DNA of 63,901 nt from Spirochaetia bacterium (GCA_963662265.2 CAXXHA010000017.1:1-63901), one strand, 5' to 3'. Counted from the stretch's first letter, positions 42,504 to 52,217 are shown. Notes: generated from the letters alone by a model not told the origin. Program-made: numbers and translations.

Positions 42504-42679
42504 AAATAATAAATCCGGCTGCAATTAAGCAGCCGGGCTGTTTTCCATTTCTGAAAAACCTATATATCGGGAACCTCTCTACCTGCAAAGGCAATTAACA
42601 GGTTCCCTTGAAGACTGCTCACAGCGTTAAACCGCAAGCAGTAATTTCCTTTTCAGGAATTTTTAATCGGTTGTTCCTG

Positions 42680-43789
42680 TTATTTAGCGCAGTATTCCTT
42701 AACAGCTTCTACCATTTTCTTGTTGTCTTCAGCTGTACCGATAGTAATTCTGAACCATCCGTCTCTTCCGTACATTTCTGCCTGGTTTCTGAGGATGATT
42801 TTGCATTTATCTTCTACATATTTAACAATATCTTCACCAACTTTACCTGTATCAGTAGCATCAAAGAGGATGTAGTTACCATATGATTCGAAAACAACCA
42901 TGCCTGGGATTTTAGCCATTTCGTCTGAAATCCATTTAACCTGCTCGTTGTTGAAATCAACTCTCATTTTGAGTGCATCCTGGTCACAGAAAGCAGCATA
43001 AGCAGCCCAGAGAGCTATTGTTGAAATATTCCAGGGAATAAGAGTAGCTGAGATCTGTTTGATTACGTCTGGGTTAGAGAGCATGTAACCGAATCTAACA
43101 CCTGCAATACCATATGCTTTAGACATAGTTCTTGTAACCATAACATTTGGATAGTCTTTGATAAGTTTAGTCATTGATTTACCATATCCAGCAAATTCGA
43201 TGTAAGCTTCATCAACTACAAGTGGAACACCTGTGTCAGCAACTTTTCTGAAAGCTTCTTCGCCCATGAAGTTAGCTGTTGGGTTGTTAGGGTTAGCAAT
43301 TACAATGATTTTTGTTTTAGGTGTAATAGCTGCAATAATTGCATCCGGATCAAACTTCATTTCTTTGTCTTCATATTTCATAGGAACAGAAACAAGTTTA
43401 CCGCCGTTTACAGTACATCTGAGTTTGTAGATACCGAAACATGGTGTGTGCTGGATAACTTCTTCATCCTGACCAGCCTGGATAAAACTTCTCCAGATCA
43501 TGTCATAAACTTCTGATGAACCGTTACCGAGAAGTACGTTTTCAGGACCTGCAAGACCGTTGAGTTCAGCAATTTTTGCTCTTGTTACAGTTCCCTGGTC
43601 AGCGTAGATATGTCCTTTTTTAGCATAATCGTTGATAGCTTTAAGTACTGATTCTGCTGGTGGAAAAGGGTTCTCGTTTGACATCATTCTGTGAAGTGAT
43701 TCATCTTTCCAAGCCTTTTCAATATGCGGAGAGATGTACATTGGTACGCCCTTGATCCATGGTACAAAATAATCTTCCATCTTTTTCAT
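42680..43789 (-). CDS. HisC-like PLP-dependent aminotransferase (fold type I)
   Basis: SNENP, GNGSSE, NPNNPT, DEAYIEF and RTMSKAYGIAGVRFGY. Confidence 0.9.
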   Translation of the reverse strand: MKKMEDYFVPWIKGVPMYISPHIEKAWKDESLHRMMSNENPFPPAESVLKAINDYAKKGHIYADQGTVTRAKIAELNGLAGPENVLLGNGSSEVYDMIWRSFIQAGQDEEVIQHTPCFGIYKLRCTVNGGKLVSVPMKYEDKEMKFDPDAIIAAITPKTKIIVIANPNNPTANFMGEEAFRKVADTGVPLVVDEAYIEFAGYGKSMTKLIKDYPNVMVTRTMSKAYGIAGVRFGYMLSNPDVIKQISATLIPWNISTIALWAAYAAFCDQDALKMRVDFNNEQVKWISDEMAKIPGMVVFESYGNYILFDATDTGKVGEDIVKYVEDKCKIILRNQAEMYGRDGWFRITIGTAEDNKKMVEAVKEYCAK

Positions 43790-43915
43790 TTCTTTTCTCC
43801 TTACCTATATATATCAATATATTTTTGGCTGCTGCCTATAGAAGCCAATTTTATAAACCGGAACAACACTGACAGTATTTATCCGGAAAAATAATCATTC
43901 CAACGGCCCATTTTT

Positions 43916-44665
43916 TTACTGAGCGTAGCTTCCTGTTTCAACCTGGAAAAGGTACCTGTCACCCCTGTAGTAGGAATGCAGTACTTCAAGGCATTCATCC
44001 TTGGAATCATATGCACGGCTCTTATAGAACATGCATGGTATATCTCTTGATATCTTCAGCCTTGATGCGATCTCTTTGGACGGGCGGACTGCCTGAAGTG
44101 TTCTTATCGAGTGGTCAAGGTCTGCGTTAAACTCATCGACAAGAAGCTTGTACATTGAACCTGTTATCTCCATTTCAAGAAGACGTCCGAACCTTGAAAA
44201 AGAATAGTACTGGATCTCGTACACAAAAGGTGTCTTATCCGCAATTCTGATTCGTTCAACCTTAACCGCAAAATCACCATCTTTGATATTTAAAATTGCC
44301 GCAATTTCTGCCGGAGGAACTATCCTCTCCTGCGATATAATAACATCATCAGCTACTATACCTTCCCTTGCATCAAGCTCAAAGTCATCAATAAAACTTG
44401 TAAGCTTTCCAAGCTGCCTGACAGGAGCAAGCGGTTTCTTTCTCCGTACAAAAGTACCGACACCCTTCTGTTTCTCAAGAAGTCCCTGCTGTACCATTAC
44501 AGATATTGCATGTCTGATTGTGTTTCTGTTAAGTTGAAATTTTTCCGCAAGCTCACCTTCCGATGGAAGTTTCGATCCGACTTCATATTCGGATGCCTGA
44601 AGCATGCTTTCTATCCAGTTTGCCACCTGTAAATACATTGGTACAGGATTATCTCTATCTACCAT
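43916..44665 (-). CDS. GntR family regulator (HutC/UTRA subfamily)
   Basis: PMYLQVA...LPSEGELAEKF...GVGTFV; UTRA C-terminus (YRGDRY). Confidence 0.92.
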   Translation of the reverse strand: MVDRDNPVPMYLQVANWIESMLQASEYEVGSKLPSEGELAEKFQLNRNTIRHAISVMVQQGLLEKQKGVGTFVRRKKPLAPVRQLGKLTSFIDDFELDAREGIVADDVIISQERIVPPAEIAAILNIKDGDFAVKVERIRIADKTPFVYEIQYYSFSRFGRLLEMEITGSMYKLLVDEFNADLDHSIRTLQAVRPSKEIASRLKISRDIPCMFYKSRAYDSKDECLEVLHSYYRGDRYLFQVETGSYAQ

Positions 44666-45174
44666 CTCTCCCCTTCTACCTGTCTACCTATGTAAATAAC
44701 TATACACCCAAATATTTTTTGTGTCAAACGGTTTATACGCAAATATGATAAAAATAAGATTTTTATATGTTTAAGCTTTTATTAATCTACAAATATTATC
44801 TGTTCTTGTAATTGAATAGATGCATTAGTAATGATGCCTGTTATAGTATTTACATAGTAAAGTTTGAAAAGAATGAATTTCTGACTTAATTTTATGATAT
44901 TCATTAAACAATATACATATGAATATTCTATAATTCTTATATATTTAATTAAAACAATCATCATCTGAGTACAATGCAGATGGGATTTATACTTTACCGC
45001 TATATGATGATCTGCCCATTCCAAATGTTAAGCTGAAAACCACATAGCCGAGAATACGGGCTACAAGAACGTTTTAAACTTGCTAAGCCCTGCAAATAAA
45101 AAAAGAGCCTGCTTATATCAGACTCCTTTTACTTATCTTGATTCAAAATAATAATTTTCAAAAACAGCTATAAA

Positions 45175-45438
45175 TCAGATAACAGTTTTTATATAATCAA
45201 CTTCCCTGAATTTTGCATACATAAGGTCAAAAGTTTCACGGGAACTTACATTAACATTTACAGTATAACTGATATAAGTTCCTTTGCTGCTTGGTTTATC
45301 CCTCCAGTTGCTGCAGGAAACACCAATATTATTTAAAACAGCTTCAAGTTCTTCCGTATAATTATCTTTTCCCTCTTCCCGTGTAACAATGATTTTAAGA
45401 TCAAAATTTACAGGAAAATCTATATCTGCTTTCGTCAT
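45175..45438 (-). CDS. DUF493/YbeD-like protein
   Basis: IDFPVNFDLKII...KPSSKGTYISYTV. Confidence 0.75.
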   Translation of the reverse strand: MTKADIDFPVNFDLKIIVTREEGKDNYTEELEAVLNNIGVSCSNWRDKPSSKGTYISYTVNVNVSSRETFDLMYAKFREVDYIKTVI

Positions 45439-45467
45439 TTCACAGAACAAATAAATACCTCCAGAAA

Positions 45468-46424
45468 CTACAGTTTAATATCAAGCAGGACTTTTTCAGT
45501 AACAGGTGTCTCAATACCGGTTTCCTTTCCCATCCTTACTATATTATACCCGAGGGCATCAATTTCAGTTTTACCTTTTCCCTTTTCAACATCAAGCTGG
45601 AAAGAGGATTTTGCTTCAGGATCAATATTTTCAGCAATTTTTACAGCTTTGTCCTCAGCATCTGAAGGAACAGCAATATTTTTCTTTTCAGCAATATCCC
45701 TGATCTCCTTCATTATCCCCATGAAACTGCTTCTGAGTTCAGGATCATTAATCATTCCGTTTATTGTCTTGCCGCTTGCTGCTGTTAACAGGGCGCATGG
45801 GGAAATAAACATGTATTTTTTCCATATTTCACCATATGGGTTTTCATTCCATACAATATTAATACCCATATTCTTGAAAAACCTGATAATTTCACCGCTG
45901 TCATATTCAGGATGTTCAGGATCAGCACCCAGAACAATTCTGGAAATTGCACCCATCATTGTAACAACACCGGGCTCCTCAATTTTGGAGGAAATATATA
46001 CACAGCTGGGCAGGATTATCCCTTTATTGGTAATTTTCCTGATCCGCTTTGCATTATCTACTCCATTCATCAAAGGTATAATTACTGTATTAGGAAGGAT
46101 TTTCTCCTTTAATGAGGAAATCATATCTTCAAGATCATAACTTTTCACAGCCACAATCAGAAGATTTATCGGCGCAAGATCTGTTACCTTGTCAGTTACT
46201 ACATTGGGAACGCATTTAACCGGCTGGTTCTGCCAGGGTTTGAGGATAAGACCGTTCTTTTTAATTGCATCAAGATGAGCTCCCCTTGCAATAAAATTAA
46301 CATTTCGTTTATCCCTGTAATTGGGTGTTATGTTTACAGCTATCATACCGCCGTAATATCCTCCCACACCTCCAAGACCTGCGATGCAGATATTATTAAA
46401 AGCCTGGCTTTTATCAAGATTCAT
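45468..46424 (-). CDS. panE: Ketopantoate reductase family protein
   Basis: GLGGVGGYYG, AVKSYD, LMNGV, IWKKY and KSSFQLD..KG..TEID. Confidence 0.88.
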   Translation of the reverse strand: MNLDKSQAFNNICIAGLGGVGGYYGGMIAVNITPNYRDKRNVNFIARGAHLDAIKKNGLILKPWQNQPVKCVPNVVTDKVTDLAPINLLIVAVKSYDLEDMISSLKEKILPNTVIIPLMNGVDNAKRIRKITNKGIILPSCVYISSKIEEPGVVTMMGAISRIVLGADPEHPEYDSGEIIRFFKNMGINIVWNENPYGEIWKKYMFISPCALLTAASGKTINGMINDPELRSSFMGIMKEIRDIAEKKNIAVPSDAEDKAVKIAENIDPEAKSSFQLDVEKGKGKTEIDALGYNIVRMGKETGIETPVTEKVLLDIKL

Positions 46425-46653
46425 ATGCTTCTCCTCATTATTTCCTGATTTCAGTATCAGATATCAGATGAAATAATACAGCTATGCTGCAGAAATTACA
46501 CAGATTGAATATTTAAGCCGGAAGAAAACATCATTCCGGGCCAGAAAAATCTCATCTGATATCATAATCTGAAAAATCATTAATAATAGTAATAATTTTA
46601 AAACCAGCATTAATATAATTATTAAAATGATTATTGTCCACATCAGTTTTATA

Positions 46654-46682
46654 TTGACAATTTAGGCGTGCCTAAATATATT
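46654..46682 (+). promoter_or_regulatory. Sigma70 promoter of feoA with a DtxR/MntR-type operator in the spacer
   Basis: TTGACA-N17-TATATT; the spacer is the palindrome ATTTAGGC-GT-GCCTAAAT (46660-46677). Confidence 0.75.
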
Positions 46683-46716
46683 CGAATTATAAAATACTTT
46701 TTTTTGGGAGCTTCGA

Positions 46717-47076
46717 ATGTCTGTAAAAATCAAGGATCTAAAACCTGGCGACAGAGCAGTAATTGCAGGATATGAACCAGGCAGCAACTATTACAGACAA
46801 AAACTTCTCTCAATGGGATTAATTAAGGGAACAAAAGTAACACTTCTCAAAATAGCACCGCTCGGCGATCCTGTGCAGCTTGAACTGAGAGGTTTCAAGT
46901 TATCTTTGAGAAAAAAAGAAGCTGATGTTCTGATACTTGATAAAGTAGAAAGCAGAGTAATAGAATTTGAAGAAAATCCCCTTATTATATGGGGAAGAAA
47001 ATGGCGACACAGAAATAAAGGATGTAACAGAGGTGAAAGAGGGAAAAAAGGTAATTGCAATTGCAGGAAATCCTAA
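46717..47076 (+). CDS. feoA: FeoA (possibly fused to FeoB in the true sequence)
   Basis: KLLSMGL..G....APLGDP....RG..LSLR; C-terminal tail overlaps feoB by about 110 bp. Confidence 0.85.
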   Translation: MSVKIKDLKPGDRAVIAGYEPGSNYYRQKLLSMGLIKGTKVTLLKIAPLGDPVQLELRGFKLSLRKKEADVLILDKVESRVIEFEENPLIIWGRKWRHRNKGCNRGERGKKGNCNCRKS

Positions 47077-49333
47077 CTGCGGAAAAACTGCACTTTTCAA
47101 CAACCTTACCGGAGGGAATCAGCATATAGGGAACTGGCCCGGAGTAACTGTTGATAAAATAGAAGGTGAAATCAATATCAACGGTGAAACTGTCAGCGTT
47201 GTCGACCTGCCCGGTATTTATTCTTTTTCCGCAAGTTCTGATGATGAACGGGCGGCAAGAGACTACATACTGAGCGGAGAACCTGACTTAATAGTTAATG
47301 TAATTGATTCCACTAATATAGAAAGAAATCTTTATCTTACATCACAGCTCATTGAAATGAATGTTCCTATAATGGTTGTCCTGAACATGATTGACCTTGC
47401 AGAGCGTAACCATATAAGTATAGATACAAATTTCATCGAAAACACACTTTCCTCTCCGGTTATAGCTGTTTCAGCTATGAACAGAAGAGATGTTGAAAGC
47501 CTGAAAAAACTTCTCAGCGAAACATTGTCTAAACCCCTTTCTACACCAAACCTCACAATTGATTACCCAAATGAGATAGAAGATATAATAAAATCCTGGG
47601 ACAGTAAACTTCATAATTTCGCAGAAAAAATAGGCGCAAATTCAAGATGGCTTTCAGTAAAACTGCTTGAAGGGGATGAATGGCTCATAGACAGGGTATC
47701 AGAAGCCGGGATTCTTAAAAGCGGTGAAATTGCGGAAGCAATACTGACAATCACAAATATACTTAAAGATACACCAGATATACTAATAGCAGAATACCGG
47801 TACGGTCTTATAACAGGGCTTGCAAAGAAAGCTGTTCACAAGAGAATTGACAGGATATCTGTCTCAGATAAAATAGACAGCTTTGTGATGAATAAATTCC
47901 TTGGAATACCTGTGTTTTTCTTTGTAATGTATATGGTATTCTGGGTCTCTGTTACATTCGGTTCAGTATTTATTGATTTTTTTGACATCCTGTTTGGAGC
48001 TGTTTTTGTCGACGGATTCTCAATAGCACTTGAAAACATGGGAGCCCCCCTATGGCTGAGAACAATTCTTGCGGGCGGTGTCGGCGCCGGTATTCAGACT
48101 GTATCCACTTTTATCCCGGTAATTTTCTTCATGTTTCTGATGCTCTCGCTTCTTGAGGACTCAGGGTATATGTCGAGGGCTGCCTTTGTTATGGACAGGT
48201 TCATGAAAATACTGGGGCTTCCCGGCAAGGCATTTGTTCCGATGATAGTAGGTTTCGGATGTACAGTGCCGGCAATTCTGGGGACAAAAACACTTGAATC
48301 AAGAAAAGACCGTTTTCTCACAATATTCATGTGCCCCCTCATGTCGTGCGGAGCAAGGCTTCCTGTCTATGCACTTTTCGGTGCAGCGCTGTTCGGGGAA
48401 TCTTCCGGAAAAATTGTGTTTTCAATATACCTTGTAGGCGTTCTGATGGCTGTGTTCACAGGTCTTCTCTTCAAAAAAACAGTTTTTCACGGACACTACT
48501 CACAGTTTGTAATGGAGCTTCCTGCATACCATGCTCCCCGGTTCAAGCATATCATGATCCATACATGGATACGTCTTAAAATGTTTATTATCAGGGCAGG
48601 AAAAGTAATTGTCTTTCTGGTTATACTTCTGAGCCTTATGAATTCAATAAGTTCAGACTTTAAATTCGGAAACACAAGAGAACAGGATTCCCTCCTTGCC
48701 AGTGTTGGAAAGGCAATCACACCTGTGTTTTCCCCGATGGGAATAGAAAAGGAAAACTGGCCGGCAGTTGCAGGTCTCTTTACAGGGTTGTTTGCCAAGG
48801 AATCTGTTGTAGGGACACTCACTTCTCTTTACAGCCAGATTTACATGACAGAAAACCCTGAAATGGATGAAGATGACTTCAGTTTTGTTTCCGAGGTAAA
48901 GAATGCATTTTTATCTATTCCTCAGCAGTTTCTGGCAATATTTGTTACAGAAAAATCATCTTCTGAACCTGCAGATTCATCTGCAGTCGGGGCAGCAAGA
49001 TCAGGGGAATCTGAAAGCAGTATATTCAGTCTTCTCAGAAAGCATTTCAACAAACACAGCGCATATGCATTTATGCTGTTTGTACTTATATATTTCCCCT
49101 GTGTCGCAGCTCTTGCCGCGGCAATCAAGGAACTGAAAATTTTCTACGGATCACTGCTGCCGATATACCTGACACTGCTTGCATGGATAACAGCAACTCT
49201 TTATTACCAGATTGCATATGCCCACCAGCTTATATGGATAGTTATCCCTTCTGCCCTGCTTTTATCTCTTTACGGGGTACTTAAAATAATAGGAAAGAGG
49301 GAAAACAGGAACCATGTAAGGATTCAGCAATAG
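46967..49333 (+). CDS. feoB: Ferrous iron transporter FeoB (start uncertain)
   Basis: GNPNCGKT, GNWPGVTV, DLPGIYS, LEDSGYM and GFGCTVPA. Confidence 0.95.
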   Translation: MKKIPLLYGEENGDTEIKDVTEVKEGKKVIAIAGNPNCGKTALFNNLTGGNQHIGNWPGVTVDKIEGEININGETVSVVDLPGIYSFSASSDDERAARDYILSGEPDLIVNVIDSTNIERNLYLTSQLIEMNVPIMVVLNMIDLAERNHISIDTNFIENTLSSPVIAVSAMNRRDVESLKKLLSETLSKPLSTPNLTIDYPNEIEDIIKSWDSKLHNFAEKIGANSRWLSVKLLEGDEWLIDRVSEAGILKSGEIAEAILTITNILKDTPDILIAEYRYGLITGLAKKAVHKRIDRISVSDKIDSFVMNKFLGIPVFFFVMYMVFWVSVTFGSVFIDFFDILFGAVFVDGFSIALENMGAPLWLRTILAGGVGAGIQTVSTFIPVIFFMFLMLSLLEDSGYMSRAAFVMDRFMKILGLPGKAFVPMIVGFGCTVPAILGTKTLESRKDRFLTIFMCPLMSCGARLPVYALFGAALFGESSGKIVFSIYLVGVLMAVFTGLLFKKTVFHGHYSQFVMELPAYHAPRFKHIMIHTWIRLKMFIIRAGKVIVFLVILLSLMNSISSDFKFGNTREQDSLLASVGKAITPVFSPMGIEKENWPAVAGLFTGLFAKESVVGTLTSLYSQIYMTENPEMDEDDFSFVSEVKNAFLSIPQQFLAIFVTEKSSSEPADSSAVGAARSGESESSIFSLLRKHFNKHSAYAFMLFVLIYFPCVAALAAAIKELKIFYGSLLPIYLTLLAWITATLYYQIAYAHQLIWIVIPSALLLSLYGVLKIIGKRENRNHVRIQQ

Positions 49334-49390
49334 GGAACTTCCATTTTTAACATGCATATTTGAGAATTCTGAGACTTGAAATTATGAATC

Positions 49391-49421
49391 ATCCCCTAGT
49401 CTTTATCAGGGGATTTTTTTT
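49391..49421 (+). terminator. Intrinsic terminator after feoB
   Basis: ATCCCCT...AGGGGAT followed by a T-tract. Confidence 0.65.
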
Positions 49422-49456
49422 GAAAGGTTTATGCTGTCTAACTATCTTATTACATC

Positions 49457-50182
49457 TTATTCTGAAACAGGAACACCCGGATAAATATCTTCTGACTGTT
49501 CACTCCACTTAAATGTTTCCCAGTCCAGAGCTTCATATGGTTTGAATTTTGCTTTATACGACATTGAATTGCTGTCACTGATATAATAACCGGGATAATA
49601 ATATTTTTTCCCCAGATTTTTTGCTGTTTCAATCTCAACAATCATGCTGAATATTCCAGGTGATTTTTTGGAATAATCAGGATCAAACGCAAAATATACA
49701 GAACTCAAGGCATTGGAAGAAATATCGACAACACCCACCCCTATCAGCCTGTCCCCGTCTTTGTAATCCATAAACACCGAAGGTACAGCACTTACACAAA
49801 AATCATCTATAAAGCTCTGCATGCTTAGTCCTGTATTAAAGCGGATTTCCGAGTGCTTTTTAAACACCTGGTATCGTTCCTCGTTAAATTCACTTTTGCT
49901 TATCAATACTTTGATACCGCTGTTTTTCCTTAATACACGGTTCATGCTTTTTGTATATCTACACCTATCTGTTAATATCCTGATCGGAATACATTCCCTG
50001 CATTCGGGGCAGACAGGTCGAAAAAAATAATAACCGAATTTCCGCCATCCTTTTTCAAGAAGAGTTGAAAACTCATTTTCATTTACCTCAAGAGCAAGAA
50101 AATATTCCTGGATGAATTCTTTTCCCGGCAGATATGGACATTCCACCGGAGCTGCCCTGTTTTTACGCTGAAGACATATCAT
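49457..50182 (-). CDS. Arginyl-tRNA-protein transferase / Asp-Glu leucyltransferase (Bpt/ATE1 family)
   Basis: CPYLP, GWRKFG..FFRPVC..C..C.PIR, LSSVYFAFDP, YYYPGYYI and MSYKAKFKP. Confidence 0.88.
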   Translation of the reverse strand: MICLQRKNRAAPVECPYLPGKEFIQEYFLALEVNENEFSTLLEKGWRKFGYYFFRPVCPECRECIPIRILTDRCRYTKSMNRVLRKNSGIKVLISKSEFNEERYQVFKKHSEIRFNTGLSMQSFIDDFCVSAVPSVFMDYKDGDRLIGVGVVDISSNALSSVYFAFDPDYSKKSPGIFSMIVEIETAKNLGKKYYYPGYYISDSNSMSYKAKFKPYEALDWETFKWSEQSEDIYPGVPVSE

Positions 50183-50359
50183 TACTTTAATTATAAATTT
50201 TTCCTGACATTTTTCCCGGATTACAGATTGATTTTTTTAAAAAAATTAAATATTATCCTGATAATTTATGGAAATTATCATTTTTAATCATTTTACAGTT
50301 TTTTTGACTTCTCATATCAGTTCTGCAGGAATCTGCATTTCTGATTATTAATTATACAG

Positions 50360-50387
50360 GCCCCGGTTTTTCCGGGGCTTTTTTTTT
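50360..50387 (+). terminator. Intrinsic terminator immediately upstream of the 54-bp array
   Basis: GCCCCGG-TTTTT-CCGGGGC followed by T9. Confidence 0.7.
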
Positions 50388-50389
50388 GC

Positions 50390-50726
50390 AAACAGGATGT
50401 TTGCATGCCGGGGCAGCCACGGATGGCGGATAGACCCGGCGGAAAACAGGATGTTTGCATGCCGGGGCAGCCACGGATGGCGGATAGACCCGGCGGAAAA
50501 CAGGACGTTTGCATTCCGGGGCAGCCACGGATGGCGGATAGACCCGGAGGAAAACACGATGTTTGCATGCCGAGAAGGCCAGCGATGGCCAATAAGCCCG
50601 GCTGAAAACAGGATGTTTGCATGCCGGGGCAGCCACGGATGGCGGATAGACCCGGAAGAAAACACGATATTTGCATGCCGAGCAGGCCAGCGATGGCCAA
50701 TAAGCCCGGCTGAAAACAAGACGTTT
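50390..50726. repeat. GC-rich tandem array of six 54-bp hairpin units (A A A B A B) plus a partial unit
   Basis: Unit starts at 50390, 50444, 50498, 50552, 50606, 50660 and 50714. Confidence 0.95.
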
Positions 50727-50885
50727 TAACAATACAAAGACCCCGGCATGGGATTTTGCTTCCGGGTCAGAAAATAAGGCATAAAACCGGATAATAATCC
50801 GGGATAGCATAATAAAAAAGGACATACAAACCGGAAAATGTTTCCTTTTCCGGCTTGTATATCCGGTAACAAATCAGGAGGAAAA

Positions 50886-52142
50886 ATGTTTAAATTGTTT
50901 TTTGGCGGATGTGACGCAAAAACAGTAACACTTGGTATTCAGCACACATTTGTAATGTTCGGGGCAACAGTTCTTGTACCGATTATCACAGGACTCGATG
51001 TAGGAGTTGCACTTTTTGCAGCAGGTATAGGTACACTTATTTTTCATGTAATTACAGGCTTTAAAGTTCCTATTTTTCTTGGGAGCTCCTTTGCTTTTAT
51101 CCCCCCAATAGCAGCAATCACTGCAGGAGGCGGATCATTGCCACAGGCTCTCGGCGGTATTGTTATTGCAGGTCTTCTTTACATTGCAGTATCAATAATT
51201 TTGAGATTTCTTGACACAGATATTCTTGAAAAACTTTTACCAGCCCACATTACAGGCCCGATGATTGTTCTTATCGGATTAATGCTTGCGCCTGTTGCAA
51301 TCCAGAATGCAAGCGGTGCTTTAGGCCTTGCAGAAACAAAAAGCGTAATGGGATGCTGGATGCTTGCACTGTTTACACTGGGAACAGGAATATTTGTTAA
51401 GATATTCTTTGAAAACAGGGGCAATAAGTTCATATCAACACTTCCAGTACTTATTTCGCTCATTTCAGGATATCTGGTTGCATCAGTATTCGGATATGTT
51501 GATTTCACAGCAATTATAAATGCAAAATGGATCGGGATCCCCAACTTCACACTTCCTGAGTTTAACATTACAGCAATCAGTATCGCAGTACCGGTAGCTA
51601 TAGTTACTATTGTAGAACATTTCGGAGATGTACTTGCAATCGGTAATGTTGTAGGAAAGGATTTCATAAAAGACCCGGGTATATCAAGAACACTTATCGG
51701 AGACGGTATTGCAACTTCACTTTCTGCCATGATCGGAGGCCCTGCCAACACAACTTATTCAGAAAACACAGGAGCAGTTGCACTTACAGGAAACCACAAT
51801 CCGGTAATCATGAGAGTTGCCGCAGTTTTTGCAATCACTCTTTCATTTATTCCTAAATTCACAGCAATAATTTCAACAATTCCTTCACCGGTAATCGGCG
51901 GTATTTCAATACTCCTTTTCGGAATGATTGCTTCAATTGGAATCAAAAACATGGTTGACGCGAGAATTGACCTTACAAACCCGAGAATACTCATTATAAC
52001 AGCTACAATGTTTGTACTTGGACTTGGAGGGGCAGAATGGTTTTTCGGCCCGGTGAAACTTTCAGGACTCGGTCTTTCAGCTATTGTGGGTATAACACTT
52101 AACCTTCTGATCAACAGAAAAGTACCTGTACATAACAGATAG
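50886..52142 (+). CDS. uraA: Uracil-xanthine permease (NCS2), UraA/PyrP-like
   Basis: GIQHTFVMFGATVLVP, FLGSSFAF and NTTYSEN; AGGAGG RBS before ATG 50886. Confidence 0.9.
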   Translation: MFKLFFGGCDAKTVTLGIQHTFVMFGATVLVPIITGLDVGVALFAAGIGTLIFHVITGFKVPIFLGSSFAFIPPIAAITAGGGSLPQALGGIVIAGLLYIAVSIILRFLDTDILEKLLPAHITGPMIVLIGLMLAPVAIQNASGALGLAETKSVMGCWMLALFTLGTGIFVKIFFENRGNKFISTLPVLISLISGYLVASVFGYVDFTAIINAKWIGIPNFTLPEFNITAISIAVPVAIVTIVEHFGDVLAIGNVVGKDFIKDPGISRTLIGDGIATSLSAMIGGPANTTYSENTGAVALTGNHNPVIMRVAAVFAITLSFIPKFTAIISTIPSPVIGGISILLFGMIASIGIKNMVDARIDLTNPRILIITATMFVLGLGGAEWFFGPVKLSGLGLSAIVGITLNLLINRKVPVHNR

Positions 52143-52180
52143 TATTCACCAGTATATCTTTGCCGGTTTTAACGGCATAA

Positions 52181-52217
52181 TAAAAGGGATCAGTTAAATC
52201 AAACTGATCCCTTTTTA
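52181..52217. terminator. Bidirectional terminator
   Basis: AAAAGGGATCAGTT...AACTGATCCCTTTT. Confidence 0.8.

Noticed and set aside
42680-43789. Assigning the gene symbol hisC
   Set aside because: The family is clear, but the GntR/transaldolase context and absence of other his genes here make the specific function uncertain
44782-45024. 80-aa ORF and possible riboswitch near 45000-45100
   Set aside because: AT-rich with no RBS or motif; no riboswitch consensus recognised
46570-46640. Fur box upstream of feoA
   Set aside because: Only partial AATGATTATT-like matches in very AT-rich DNA
50290-50390. PyrR attenuator for uraA
   Set aside because: A terminator is present but I see no PyrR binding-loop consensus, and it lies about 500 bp from uraA
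50390-50726. CRISPR array
   Set aside because: Units are near-identical along their whole length with no unique spacers, and there are no cas genes in the window
50317-50825. Five overlapping repeat-protein ORFs across the 54-bp array
   Set aside because: Open frames follow from a stop-poor 54-nt period; no RBS or coding-like composition
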